NCBI RefSeq assembly: GCF_006345805.1
Contig: NC_042999.1
Span: 113,832,001 to 113,896,000, forward strand
Reading direction: 5' to 3'
DNA: 64,000 bases
From: Octopus sinensis
Taxonomy: Eukaryota
Position 1 is the first letter of the stretch. Each line of letters starts with the position of its first letter. The position numbers and the translations under genes were made by a program. The notes under the pieces are model-generated. The model was not told where the DNA came from. It saw nothing but the letters and a program-made list of their open reading frames with translations, and made no database searches. Positions 38,578 to 51,489 of this stretch are shown piece by piece.

Positions 38578-39035
38578 TTAACCCTTTTAATATAATTTCC
38601 ATCTGAGACAGCTCCTGGGTCAATGATACAAATTTATTGTTTTAATCCTTTAGTATTTAAACCAGCCATATCTGGCCCAAATATTTTACCCTTTTTATGT
38701 TCAAACTAGCCTGATCAGGCTTCTCACATCTACCCTACAATGTAATCTTGAAAATTATACAATCATGTCATCAAAACCTTAAAGCTACCAGATGATGCAT
38801 GAATAATTAAAAGCAATGTGAATCAATAAGCATCACCTTTGACAGAGTAATCTGAGTGCTAAAGGGTTAAAGTGATCTAAATCAAAATTTTTCGATCCAA
38901 ATTTCATGTGAATTTGAGCTCTAAACACTGGCTTAATGATGAAAACGTTATTTTATTAAATTCTTTATTATTTCATCATTAACTGAAACAAAGCCAGTGT
39001 ATTTCAACAGAAATATGGTAACAGAAGCATTTTAA
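38578..39035. mobile_element. Outer TTAA-flanked MITE, family 2 (host of the nested copy)
   Basis: Begins TTAAcccttt and ends with a degenerate terminus plus TTAA. Related reverse-complement sequence occurs at ~10470-10668 and ~57085-57290. Confidence 0.55.
38642..38870 (+). mobile_element. piggyBac-like MITE, family 1, nested in a second TTAA element
   Basis: TTAA-tcctttag...ctaaagggTTAA. The flanks rejoin as gttttaaagtgatctaaat. Confidence 0.85.
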
Positions 39036-39647
39036 TATTTAATCTGATCTGATTTGTAAGCTTGATAGTTTGAGAGATAATGTGGAAAGGAAGTTAATTC
39101 TATAGAGATGAAATTCTAGAATGGATCAGGGATTAATTAATATGTAAGGTCTGCAACTGAATAAGACTTCTCAAATTCTAGGCTGCCTTATTATCTTTAA
39201 AAAAAAAAATCAACAACCATTTAGCTGTGATTTCATATTTTTGTATCTAAGGTAAACTTTGGTAAAGTTCTAAACTTAGAACCAAAATTTTTATAAGTAT
39301 TTTTTATTCATTCAATTTAAATACACTTAACATGATGCTGAAAAATAATTAAAATTGAGCTGAAAGCTATAACTGAACTAAAATCAGATGTTTCACTGCT
39401 TAGCAATTTTGTATTACATAAGGTTTGTTTTGCTTTTGATATTTTACGCCTCACTTTTCCTGGGTGAGGTAGATATTATTTATGCTTGTTGTTGTTAAAT
39501 CAATTGTTTTACAGCTGGATACCCTCCCCACCAATAATAAGTGAACTGTGAATTAGGAGTAGAACCGGTTTTGCCAGTCAGGTAAACTGGAGCAAAGTTA
39601 TAGAAATAATAAATCTGAATGCAATGCTTGTCATTGACGTATTAATT

Positions 39648-39702
<55 letters not shown>

Positions 39703-41989
39703 CAAGTCACCTTCAGGCTATTGCTGCAACAACTTCAATGAAACATTTACAGTATTGGGTGAAGGTTGGAAAATTTGAAGGTTTTTCAGAACTCAACGAT
39801 GGCCAACAAATGAAATTGTATCCTTGGCTCAACTTCAAGATTAACTGCTGTGCTATTACATGAGACAAGCTGAATGTTTCCAGTTTGAAAATGGCCTCAC
39901 AGTTCATGCTATCTTATTTATTACTTAAGTATTTAAACACGTTATATGTAAAATAAAAATGAATGATAAAAACTTGAGTGAGGTATTTTATCTTAGCATA
40001 TTCTAACTATTCCTGGAAGCTCAAAGATTCCTGATAATGCTGCATTAGAGTCTGATATTTCTAAGATACTACATAGTATTATTAACACTACACATAAATA
40101 GAAATCCTTCAAATGGATGTAGAAGCAAGTGAGCAAATATTCTGAAAAGAGATATTTTAAAATTATTAACATTGTCTTATTTATGGAATTTTTAAATCCA
40201 TATTCACCACTAATCTTTAAATTCTGCAATATATTTTAATTGGATTTATTATTAGCATTGCTGAGGCCACCTAAAACCAGATCTTTGCATTTATACTTGC
40301 TTTGCATTAATTCTTTAAACAAATATCTGTTAATTCCTCTGCAGGCCTTACTTTGACTGCAATCAGGCTTTATATAAGATAAAAAATATTTTTTAAATCA
40401 TTGCTTTTTTTTTCTTTGTTTTTTTTTTTTTTAATGCTAGAATATACAGAAGCCATTGCAAGTAAAAGATGGTAATAATAATATTCTGATTTGAGATATG
40501 CTTGAAGCAGCTGAAACTGGAAAAGTTTGGCACTGACAACATTCAAAATTTTGGTTCTTATTTTGACATATTGCACAGACAATGTCTACCTAAGGTCCAA
40601 CACAATCCAGATCAAGTATCTAGATGATTCCTTATTTGTGAAACATCAATCCTTGAGGAATTACCAATAGGTAATCCTGCCTCATTACTTATTTGTTAGT
40701 AATTTGTAAATAACCATCCAAAATATTATCAGAGTAACTGAACATTTGAGAGAGGGAGAGAGATGGGGGAAAAAGAAAGAGAGAATGTAATTCCTGCAGA
40801 ACAAAAGAGAGAGTGTGTATAATTCCTGCAGAACAAAAGGGATTTATGTCTAAGTCCTACAGGACAACTGACCAGCTCCCTCATCATCACAATTTGTTGC
40901 CCCTGTAGCTGCAAGCCCATTTTGTCACCTTGAGAAGGGCACTTAAAATAAATACATTACTAAGTTTATTTCAGGTATTTTAAGCTGTAAACAGGCTACT
41001 TTCCAATTCAAAATGAGGTTAAACTTTTGTTTTCTGATGCCATTTTTATTGTTTATATACTGCCTATGAAGTAAATAAACTTTGAAATTGATTGCTTTTT
41101 TTTTTTTTTTTTTAACCGAATGAAAATGGCTGCTCTTGCATTTGAAGCTTTTCTGAAAGAAACCGTGTTTGCTTCTGACTCATGACTATTTTGAAGGATT
41201 TACTCAGGTGAATATCAATGATGAAATTATTCAAGGTGATGACGAGGACATAGACTGTGCTTACAGTTATACTCAGAATAATGTACCAAGTGGGTGCTAA
41301 CATCCATGGTTGGCTGATTTAAGGAAAGTACTGGCTCCAAGGAGGTACATTTCCGAGGGGCAACTCTTTCATCTATTCCTTAAAGCATTACATAAAAATA
41401 TTATTCATCCATTCCTTTATTAGTATACAAAAATATCAAGTCTGTACATACAACAAAAGTTATAACAATTTTAAAACAATGGGTGCTCATGTCTTTTGTT
41501 CCCGCAAAAATTATGCAGTGGCAGGGAAAACTATTCTAAGGGCAAATCAGTGAGCTAATGGTTATGATTCTACTGAATGATGTGTAAGTATACAAAAGGA
41601 ACCCATTGTGTTCCTGAACTGATTACAGGAAAGCTTTTGGTCAATCCCAACATAACTGGCATGAAAAGCTAGAAGTGCATCAATTTGAGGACACTACAAT
41701 TAACTTCATCTCAACAAAATGAAGAAGCAGTCTGTTCTAACAGTAACCAACAACACTACCACAACTATAAGCTGAAGATGAATAACAACTGCAATATTCC
41801 AAGATGATTGAACATCTGGTCTTCAAATTCATTTTATGCTTATTGTCTTCAAGTTGGTTGACCATCTCTTCTTAATACTAATTATCAGCATAAAAATACC
41901 AAATAAACTAATGATGTGTATACTAAAGCTGTATAGTGAAAGTGGTCATCAGCTTTAGAGTTTCTTTAGAACAATATGGCAAGAACATA

Positions 41990-43150
41990 AAAGGCCCTCT
42001 GGATGGAGAAATGCAAAGTAACGATATGAAACAGACTGATTAGTTAAGAAACTGATTAGGGAACACCACAGAAAGACGATAATTCATGAAGTGAACAATT
42101 TCTACTCTCTAAAAATGGAACATGAATATTTTGACAGACACAAAATTTTTTTAACGCATCTCATAAGCTCTGAGCAAGAATATTATTTGTATTCTTAACA
42201 GATATGCACTAACAGGAACAAAGCAGATCTAGATTCATTAGACTAGAACAAAAGAAATCTACAAAGAAAAAAAACCTCCACCACATACTACACAATGAGT
42301 TTGATTAAAGATCCCCATAAGAGAAGGCAGCAGGTGACTAATGAGCATTAAAGAGCAGCTTAAGCAAGTCTGCAACATAATCTTTGTCAATTATGTTAAA
42401 AGATAGCAAATTGATAAAATTCTGCCAAGAAAATGGATTAGATTTTGAACAGCTAAAGTCTAAATCAAAAGCAGTGGCAAGATGAAAATACTGATGACAC
42501 ATAAATCAACCAAGGTGGACATCTATAAAAGTAGATACTCTATTTAAAACTAACTATAGCCTGAATGAACAAAATTCAAGGCCATCACTACTAAATGTAT
42601 TGACAGGAATTTCTACAATTCTTACAATAAAGATTATAAATGTCACTTAAGCGGTATATTTTCTGAAAACTACTATACATTATGTCAACATCTCCTACAC
42701 TAGCACAGACAAAATATACTTGAAAATGCAGTTATATAGCAAATCTGCTCTATGTACACCTAACCATCGAATTTTAACTCCTTGAAAAAAAAAAAAGGCT
42801 CTGTTGTATTCATGTGAACCACCACTTGTCTTAGAAAATGACATGAAAATACTATGAAACTACAGCAGACAGACCAACAGATTGCATATGATAAGCTTGA
42901 CATCATTTTCCATGACAAGAATGACAATACTGTACTAATTATCAGCATAGAAATACCAAATAAACTAAAGATGTGTAGAAGCAAGTTAAAAAGCTAAGGA
43001 ATAACTCCAACCTAGCTGTTAAACTTGTTAAGGAATTTGTGTAACATCTCCAACTGAAAGAATAAACAACATTGACAGACAACCTACATGAATAGGCATA
43101 GGAATATTCCAGAGAATTGCAATACCGAGGTCTGTATAAATTTCTTGTGC
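41990..43150 (+). mobile_element. Decayed 3' part of an RLE-type non-LTR retrotransposon (R4/Dong/NeSL-like)
   Basis: Frameshifted motifs in order: HH..EGSR.LMSI (thumb region, ~42280-42350); a Zn-knuckle remnant ENYYTLCQHL/LAQT (~42660-42710); EPPLVLENDMKIL*NY; DKLDIIFHDKNDNTVLIISIEIP (PD-(D/E)xK-like RLE, ~42890-42960); and GIG-IP. Confidence 0.72.
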
Positions 43151-44453
43151 ATTCTCAAACATCATTTATTAAACTTAAATGATTTAAGTACACGTTTTCC
43201 AAGACGTACTTAAATTTTGTTTCCAGAGGAGGAATCCTAACTTATTTCTCAAACAATGAACAATAAAAGAGAATGATATTAGGAAACAAACTTCTTGCCA
43301 CACAGCCATGCCTGCATCTATATTAACCTATTATTAATAATGAAGAAAGAACTGTAAACCATTTCAAGAAACCATTATATTTTAATAAGAAAAATTATTC
43401 AATTCCAGCATTATGACTTCACCTCAAACTAAACCAAGACATGAATATAGAAAGATGGAAAAAAAATTTAACTAAATATCTATCACTAAAAGTACTTCGC
43501 AAAAGAAAAAGAAATTAAGATGATGTTCTCAAAATGCTTATTAAAACAAGAATTTAGTCCAAACACTAATATTTTCTTTCAGACAGTCTGAAAGAAAAAG
43601 TGTAAAATAGCTTTTATGATAATGTAAGATACAAATTTTTATTTATTAAAAAAAAAATTTGTTTTTAAACCAATGTAACATTAGCCACAAGGGGTAAGTT
43701 TGTCAGGCACAGAGTGTCATACAAACTGTTCAAAAAAGAAGGAGCCATGATAAAATAACCATTATCTTTTTACCCTAATACTTCACTGGTAATTTATTTC
43801 ATTGTAATCCACCACCACCCGAACTCCTTACGATGACAGATAAAGCTTACTTTAGCAGAATTTGAATATTCTGAATGGAAAGGATTACAACTAAAATACT
43901 GTAAAACATTTAGTTTGTTACTTTGCTGAATATGTTAATCCACTGAAGTCTGGCACCATAAAGGGCATCCAGTTCTAGAAACCTTGCCAAAGTAGACACT
44001 GGAGTCCAATGCAGCTCTCTGGCTAGGCAAATCCTGTCAAACTGTCCAATGGATGCCAGCTTGAAATGTGGGTGTTAATGACTATTACAACACCACAATG
44101 AAGTATAAGTGAGCAAGAAAATGAAAAAGATCAAAAGTTAAAATTGGGAAATGAAGAGAGGAGATAGGTGCAGAATATGACTGAGAGACAAAAAAAGAGA
44201 GGTGAGGATGGATGTGAGTGTACATAGATAGAAAGGTAGCAATGAAATAATGAAGTGAGATAGTCATTGAGAATAACAAAAGAGAATGAGTGGATCTAAA
44301 AAATGATAACTGAAAGAAAACAAAATGAAACACAAGAAGAAAATGGAGCAAAGCTTCCTGAAATAAAGCAGAAATACATTCCATCATTTTTGAAGGACAC
44401 TAGGCTAATAAAAACAATTAATGAGAGAAAATAAAAAATAAGGTAAACATTAC

Positions 44454-44693
44454 CTGCATAATCAACATGGTGTCATGTCCATCATCTACATATAAAGAAC
44501 GTTGGTGGTTCTCTTGTATTGTATGGTTCATGTCTTGTGGTGAGCCAATATATGACAGAAGCTATGTCCTTGGCAACCACTAAAGAGACAAAGCAGAGGG
44601 TGTAGAAGCCAAATCTACAGCTTCCAAAAGGCAAAGGAAACAGTCCACTTGAATCTCTTTTTAGACACTGTCTCCAAAGTAAGTACACAAAAT
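44454..44693 (-). CDS. Putative 240-nt exon with strong splice sites; coding frame ambiguous (ILCTYFGDSV* in phase 0, or a MNHTIQENHQRSLYVDDGHDTMLIMQ start)
   Basis: Acceptor tttatttctattacag and donor GCAG|gtaatg. Non-repetitive and higher GC than the flanks. Confidence 0.45.
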
Positions 44694-45355
44694 CTGTAAT
44701 AGAAATAAATTCAAAATATATTCATATCACAATATAGTAGAAATAAATTCACATTATATTTGCATCATAACACACATTCATTTACTCAAAATTGAGGTTT
44801 CACTCTATTGCTAGCTCAAGTTTATCATTACTATCATGTTCCATAAGGTGAGAGAATAAAACATGCACTCTGAATATATCTTCCTCTTAAGATAGTGGTT
44901 CACTCCATTGCTGTTCAGTATTTGCCTTCTTCAATCCTTTAGGCGGAATACTGAGAAAAATATTGAATAAATAAGCTATTATTACATGTTTGGAGCAATT
45001 TGTACCACTTTATCTTTTGCTTAAATATATAACAACATGCATGCATCTGTAAGCTTAAGCGCACATGCATATTACAGGTGAAAGATAGCGTCAAACTATA
45101 CCTATAGTAGAGTGGGTAGTTTATGTGATATATTCAATGTTCAGCTTCACTTGCTTGCTACACACACACACAAGTGTTTGTGTATAATAATCATCATCGT
45201 CATTTATGTCCATTATCCATGCTGGTATGGGATGGACAGTTTGACCAGAGCTGACAAGTTAGGAAGCTGCACCAGCTTCCAGTCAGATATAGCCTGGTTT
45301 CTACAACCAGATGCCTTCCTAATGCCAACCACTTTACAGAGTGTGCAGGGTGCTT

Positions 45356-45690
45356 TTAGTTAGTTAGTTAGTTAGTTAATTTGGCTCAAAAGCAAATAGC
45401 AAGGCCATGTAGGGGGACATGGAGTTAAGTACAGGGTGGTGTTCATGTAAAGAGTTCAGGCCACTTGAAGTCCAGGGAGGCTTTGAACAAAGTGGTCGTC
45501 GGCATCTTCACCATCTCGTCTGGCAGCTTGTTCCACGGATCCGCAACCCGGACGGAGAAAGCTCCTCTCCTTCGATTGAGATGAAATCGTCACAGGTAGA
45601 GCTTTTCGGAATGACCCCGCAGCCGACGCTCTGGAGCAGGAGTGAAGAACAGCTCTGTCGAGAGGTTACACTTTTATGTGGCACCACCAC
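45356..45690 (-). mobile_element. CR1-like LINE 3' end with (TAAC)n tail, inserted in a SINE
   Basis: Minus strand reads LRGHSEKLYL*RFHLNRRRGAFSVRVADPWNKLPDEMVKMPTTTLFKASLD (CR1 RGH..FS.RV..WN.LP motif). It is CpG-rich and followed by a (TAAC)5 tail. Confidence 0.88.
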
Positions 45691-45884
45691 AAGTGCCTTT
45701 CACCAGCAGAAGGACTGATCTTAACACTTTAAGTATGGGTCTTCTTGAGCACAACAATATATATATATGTATGTATATATACATATATAAATGCAGGAAA
45801 AAACAGAGATCCTGTTCCCAAATATTTTGCTCTGATACCAATTCAGAAACCATTAATGATAAAGCAATGATTGCTCTCCTCTAT

Positions 45885-46280
45885 TGATTAATGGTTACTT
45901 GTTTCAGTCATTTGACTGCGACCATGCTGCAGCACCACCTTCAGTCAAGCAAATCAACTCCAGGACTTATTCTTTGTTAGCCCAGTACTTATTCTATCGG
46001 TCTCTTTTGCCGAACTGCTAAGTTACGGGGACGTAAATACACCACCATCAGTTGTCAAGCGATGTTGGGGGGACAAACACAGACATATACACACACACAC
46101 ATATATATACATATATACGACGGGCTTCTTTCAGTTTCTTTCTACCAAATCCACTCACAAGGCTTTGGTCGGCCCAAGGCTATAGTAGAAGACACTTGCC
46201 CAAGGTGCCATGCAGTAGGAATGAACCTGGAACCATGTGGTTGGTAAGCAAGCTACTTACCACACAGCCACTCCCGCACC
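45885..46280 (-). mobile_element. Near-intact young SINE family A
   Basis: Reverse complement of the family consensus with CpGs retained (gccgaactgctaagttacgggg acgtaaa). Confidence 0.9.
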
Positions 46281-46553
46281 TATTTAGTTAGTTAGTTTCC
46301 AGTAAAGAGCTTCCAACTCTGCCAAAGCTTATCATAGCCTTTGTTGCTCTCTTCTAAATAATGATAATAGAGCCACATTAGTTGGGATCTAGGGCCATTG
46401 CCGGGCTCAGGACATGGTTCGTGTGCCAAGAGTGATGCATAATTACTGTCTAAGCAACAGTTTCCTCATATTATAGATAGGTTTTTACTTCACAGATAAT
46501 CATAACTAATTCCAAGTTATAGACAACACAATAAACATGAAATACACAGACAT

Positions 46554-46585
<32 letters not shown>

Positions 46586-46591
46586 GCATAT

Positions 46592-46622
<31 letters not shown>

Positions 46623-46677
46623 CACATACATACACACATACATAACAGCAGTTGTATCACTTGATTTTTGTTTTCTG

Positions 46678-46920
46678 AAAATCAAAGAAAAAGAGGATAT
46701 CTATGGACAACTGCTTCGAAACCTCCAGCTTCTATATCCAGACTATGAATTCATATTCATAGCAATAATAATTGAAGCACTAGGTTTTGTTAGTAAATGC
46801 TTAAAGGAGAATCTGGATAAATTGGGATTTTCAGAAAGAGAAATTGCCCAGCTAATTTGTAGAAGTGCAATCTGTGAGTGGAACAGCAAAAATATGCAAA
46901 ACTTTTATCAAGTTCCGAAT
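46678..46920 (+). mobile_element. 5'-truncated 3' end of an RLE-type non-LTR retrotransposon
   Basis: KIKEKEDIYGQLLRNLQLLYPDYEFIFIAIIIEALGFVSKCLKENLDKLGFSERE, then after a frameshift QSVSGTAKICKTF. This matches the usual K..KY..L..PIIIGALG..GT.KI C-terminus of RLE LINEs. Confidence 0.8.
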
Positions 46921-48339
46921 GTGAATTTGTCTGTATTAACTACATTCCAAAGATGGAGCCTTGTATCTTTGTTGGAAACCAGCTCCCTCCTCAGTGGAAA
47001 ATGTATAATTAAAACATAGAAGAGATATTATATACATACACACACACATTCGTACATACATCCATACAGACAGACAGAGGTATGGAGAGAGCATGTGTGT
47101 GTAAAGATAGAAACACAGAGAAATGTAGAGTGAGTGGCAGGAAAGACATTAAGTGGTAATAAAGTAAGCAGTTGGTTCCAAGAAGCATAATTTATCGCGT
47201 GGTAGTGAGTAAGGCAACTTGAGTGGTTTATACATAGATTTTGACAATTAAACAGCAGTTGTATTTCTTGATTTTTGCTTTTTGTTTATCATGCAGTATT
47301 CTTAGTTAACTCTTGATACCAATCAACCAGAGGCCACATCTGGTTCATTGATACAAAAGCAGCCTGTTTTTAAAGTGTTCACAGTTAATTTAAAACCTTT
47401 CATCACACTTTTATGCAAGAATCTTTCATGAAATTATGTTCCAAAATATCTGATTTATTTATTCTACCCTGTTCAGATTCTGGATTATTTTCAAAAAATA
47501 CTGAAGCTCTAGAAGAACATTAAGTTCAAATCTCATAGGGCTCAATTTAGATCTTTCTGAAGTTGGTAAACCAAAGAACAGTCAAGTACAGGGGTGTGTT
47601 TTGATATACTTGACTGTACCTCTACCTCTCCTAACAAAGGCCTTTATCACTATGCTCATCATCATATGTAATTCCAAATTCTCAAAACTTGGATTGCTTT
47701 CTCAAGTTTTCAGAAGATTCAAATATATCAGAAGGGTTTCCTGACTTTTCTAATATCAGAGACACTGTGACTGCATTCCTGTTACCCTCTCACAGTGCAG
47801 TAGGACAAAGAAAGGGAAGTGAGGGTTATACTTTCATTTATCAATTCTGAAAGGATGAAAAGCCAAACTGACCTCAGCAGAATTTGAACCAAAATGCTCA
47901 AATGATTCTGTTAATTTGCTACCTTCACTATTATTAATTCTGCTTTTGCATTTGTGTCCTTTGAAAGCTGATCCTTAGGATTCATTTATGTTGCATTCCT
48001 AGCAATAAATGGACATTACTTTCCATGCAGTTAAAAGATGTTCCTTTTTTTTTTAATGCACAATTTTTGTGAAAGTCTGATCACTTTTCTTATATAAATA
48101 GAATGCATTCTAAGTATTTCGTTTTTATATTTGGTTTGCAAGATTCTTTATATAAATTCATGTGTTGAAACATATTTTATTGTATCTGGGGAGAGTCATT
48201 CTCTTTTAGTGCCTTATTATTTAACACACTCACCGGTTTGATTTCCACTTATTTACTTATTTTTTCTAAAAAATTTTGTTGCATCTTGCAACCTTTTGAA
48301 TAATCATTGACTCTGTCCATTATCAGAGCTGACTACTTT

Positions 48340-49705
48340 CTATGTATATTTCCTATTTAGTACTGGGGATGTTTCATTTATGAAGACATACTCTTGTATT
48401 TGTCTGAGTGTTAGGTCCTTCGGGTGCTTGGATAAAATGCAGATGTCAAGTTGACCCAGTGTGTCTCCATGTTGGTCTTTAGCATGTTGGTATAGTATGG
48501 AGGACTGTTTTTTGCCATCATATTGTCTCAAATGTTCATTTAGTCTCTCCGCAATGCTTCTAAACATCTTGCCTATATATATATATATATACACCATGTT
48601 CTTGTACTTACAAGCACCCTCTATGCGCCTTATGCTGTAGACTACATTTCTAGTTCTACAATTAATGCCAGGGTTAATCATACACACCATGCAGTTATCA
48701 ATGGTGCATGTGGTATTCTCAAAGCAGTATGTCCTACATAGTTGTGATCTGATGGAACACCCTGGCTTTTCAACAATCTTAACTCATTAATGCATAGCAT
48801 CCAAAAAATGAACACAGGAAAAATTACTAATTCTTGTTAAGTAAACTACCTATTGAGCTTATTTCTGGTATAGACTGCCTCTAAACAAGTGCTCTATAAT
48901 TGAGAAGGTGCTGCATACAAACAAACCAACCATACACACATACGAAACAATAGTAATTTTTCCCTGCATCCATTTTTCTGGATGCTATGCATTAATGGGT
49001 TAACATTGAGTTTGGCCTCCTTCAGAGCTTTCCTAAATTTTGGGGCTAGTTCTCCATGGGCTGTGGCCTCTACAAACATCACTCTTTGATATTTGTTGGT
49101 CTTGTACCATGTGTTCACCCTGTTTGCTTTGTCACAAACTCTCTGTATCCTATTCCAGTCTTCACTTCTATATCTAGGGCAGGTACCACTGGTTTCATTA
49201 CATATAATGCTAACTTAGGGTTCAGGTATGCAGGGGAACTTTCTATCTTTCTGAACATATCCAGAGAATTGCATGCAGTGCATGAAGTTCTGTACATGTT
49301 CCTTTATTTCAAAGGGTTTGCATAGTGGGGACATGTTCGTTATCCTAAGTCTGCTATCAGTATGTTAATTTTCATATTGTGTAACAAAGCTGAGTTCTTG
49401 TGAACAACATATTTAGAAGCTATGGTTTTCATGTAATAGGAGTGGAGGAGCTGCACTCTGTTGTTCACAGTTACTAACCAAAGTTCAGTATCAAGGACAG
49501 GGAATCTATTGATAGGGTTTCTGGTGGGGTAATCTGTAGTTACTTTGATACTTTGGTGGATGGAGTTAGCTATGTGCTGGATGTTCTCCATTATGCTCCC
49601 CTTGGTTTCTACATAACAGTTACTAGAGTTTGTCCTAACTAGAATATTAATGTCATCTACATACCTACAGTAAAGCAAAACAGTTGTGGATTGTTTTGCC
49701 AAGGA
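48340..49705 (-). mobile_element. Penelope-like retroelement fragment (RT C-terminus, Cys-rich linker, GIY-YIG endonuclease)
   Basis: ORF 49340-49702 has the RT motif RYVDDINI plus FPVLDTELW and YYMKTIAS. The linker reads C-x4-C-x2-C..NCRTRNVVY. The endonuclease reads YIGKMFRSIAERLNEH..SILYQH..RQIQE..P.LN (ORF 48340-48690). The frame is continuous after removing the MITE at 48779-49003. Confidence 0.92.
48779..49003. mobile_element. piggyBac-like MITE inserted in the Penelope ORF
   Basis: TTAA at both ends (48779-82, 49000-03). ~28-bp TIRs: ctcattaatgcatagcatccaaaaaatg vs revcomp cccattaatgcatagcatccagaaaaatg. Confidence 0.85.
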
Positions 49706-50359
49706 CTGTTTAAGTTTTCTGCCCCCACCAGGTCATGATGAGGCCGGCCACATCTCCAGCAGATTTAAAAGATTTAGAATCATGAGAGTCTAACTCTTGA
49801 CTCTGTGATAGCTATCATTGTTATTCACCCCAGGACAAACCTGACTAAGCAGATTCCTAGTCAAAGGTGTTTCCAATATGAACATTTCCAGTACACTAAG
49901 ATATAATTTAAGGAAAATTTTGGTTGCTATTTCCAGCACATCAAACAAACTGACAGTTGGCTCCTAACACAGGTTATAATCCCAAACGATCAAGACAGCA
50001 ACTAAAAGTAATGCTTACGTACAGATTACATCATGTGTGGTGAAATTTATAACCAACCTTTCCCCCAATCCTATCTTGACCTACATATTTCTTGTAGGTA
50101 ACAGAGAAACAAAACTTGTTTGTGTATGTTCAGGAGTTTTGTCCACATTAATTTACTTACTTCACTAGGTCAACAGGAATTCAAGAAATTCCTTTTTGAC
50201 AAGTACAACAGCTGTTGTAACCAAACACAAACAAACTATTTTCAAAATTCACTCAGCTGACTGACATTAAAATATGCACTAAATGCAAGATGCGCAGAAG
50301 CCTGCATATATATGTATAATTATTATGACGCCTTATCAATCATTATAATTTAGTGTTAG

Positions 50360-51070
50360 AGGAATAAAGGCAACAAGCCGGACAAAATGCTTAGCAGCAT
50401 TTCTTTTAGCTTTACATTCCAAGTTCAAATTATACCAAGGTTGACTTAGCATTTCATATTTACAGACTCAATAAAAGAACTACCTATTGAACATTGATGT
50501 GGGGCATAATCAATTATACCTCATCAAAAAATTTCAGAACTTGTGCCTACAGTAGAATGAATTATTATTATTGTTATTATTATAAAGAAAAGATCATTAT
50601 TATTATTATCATTATTAAGGCAGGAAACTGACAGAATCATTAGTATGCTGTATGAAATACTTACTGGTATTTCGCCCATCGCTACATTCTGAGTTCAAAT
50701 TCCACCAATGTCAACTTTGCTTTTCATCCTTTTGGGGTTGATAAATTAAGTACGAGTGAAACACTGGGGTGGATGTAATCAACTCATCCCCTCCCCCAAA
50801 ATTGCTGCCCTTGTGGCAAAATTTGAAACCATTATTATTATCATCATCATCATCCAAGGCAATGAGCTGGCAAAATCATTAGCACTCTAGACAATATGTT
50901 TAGTGGCATTTTGTCTAACTTTACATTCCAAGTTCTAATACTGCCATGGTCGACTGTCTTTTGTCTTTGTGGAGGTCCGATAAAATATGTACCAGTCAAG
51001 TACTGGGGTTGGTGTAATCAATTAACCCCTTCCCCAAAAATTTCAGGCTTTGTACCTATAGTAGAGAGGA
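50360..51070 (+). mobile_element. Tandem train of three family B SINEs joined by (ATT/ATC)n tails
   Basis: ctg.cagaatcattag...gagttcaaattcc...gactttgc.tttcatcctttt.gggt.gataaa..aagtac repeated three times, separated by tattattat/catcatcat. Confidence 0.85.
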
Positions 51071-51109
51071 TTATTGTTATTATTTGGTGGAATCATTAGA
51101 ATATTGCCA

Positions 51110-51430
51110 AAATGCCTTGAAAATTACAAGAGAGATCTTCAATGAGTACATCCTGCCAGTGATAATTCACAGCAGTGAAACATGAGCTCTCAAAACTACC
51201 ATCATGAACACCCTCATTGTAGCTCAACGATAAATGAAACCAATCATGCTTGGCATCACATTGCAGGATAAGAAAACCAACACATGGATACAACAGCACA
51301 CGAGAATCAATGACCTCATAAGAACCACCAAGGTGAACAAATATAGATGGGCTGACCACATTACATGACATAAGGACAATAGATGGGCAATCAGAGTGAT
51401 GGGCTGGATGCCAATACAATGGACAAGATA
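51110..51430 (+). mobile_element. RTE (BovB-like) LINE 3' fragment
   Basis: KREIFNEYILPVIIHSSET*AL..LIVAQR*MKPIMLGITLQDKKTNTWI..RWADHI..DNRWAIRVMGW, the classic RTE RT C-terminus with in-frame stops. Confidence 0.88.
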
Positions 51431-51489
51431 GCAAAATGATCTCACATGTTACCTGGGGCCTACATGGTCACAAATGACCCAAGATTGAC

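Noticed and set aside
48100-49760. Hammerhead ribozyme expected near a Penelope element
   Set aside because: No CTGA(T/A)GA-stem-GAAA core with supporting helices could be found by eye on either strand.
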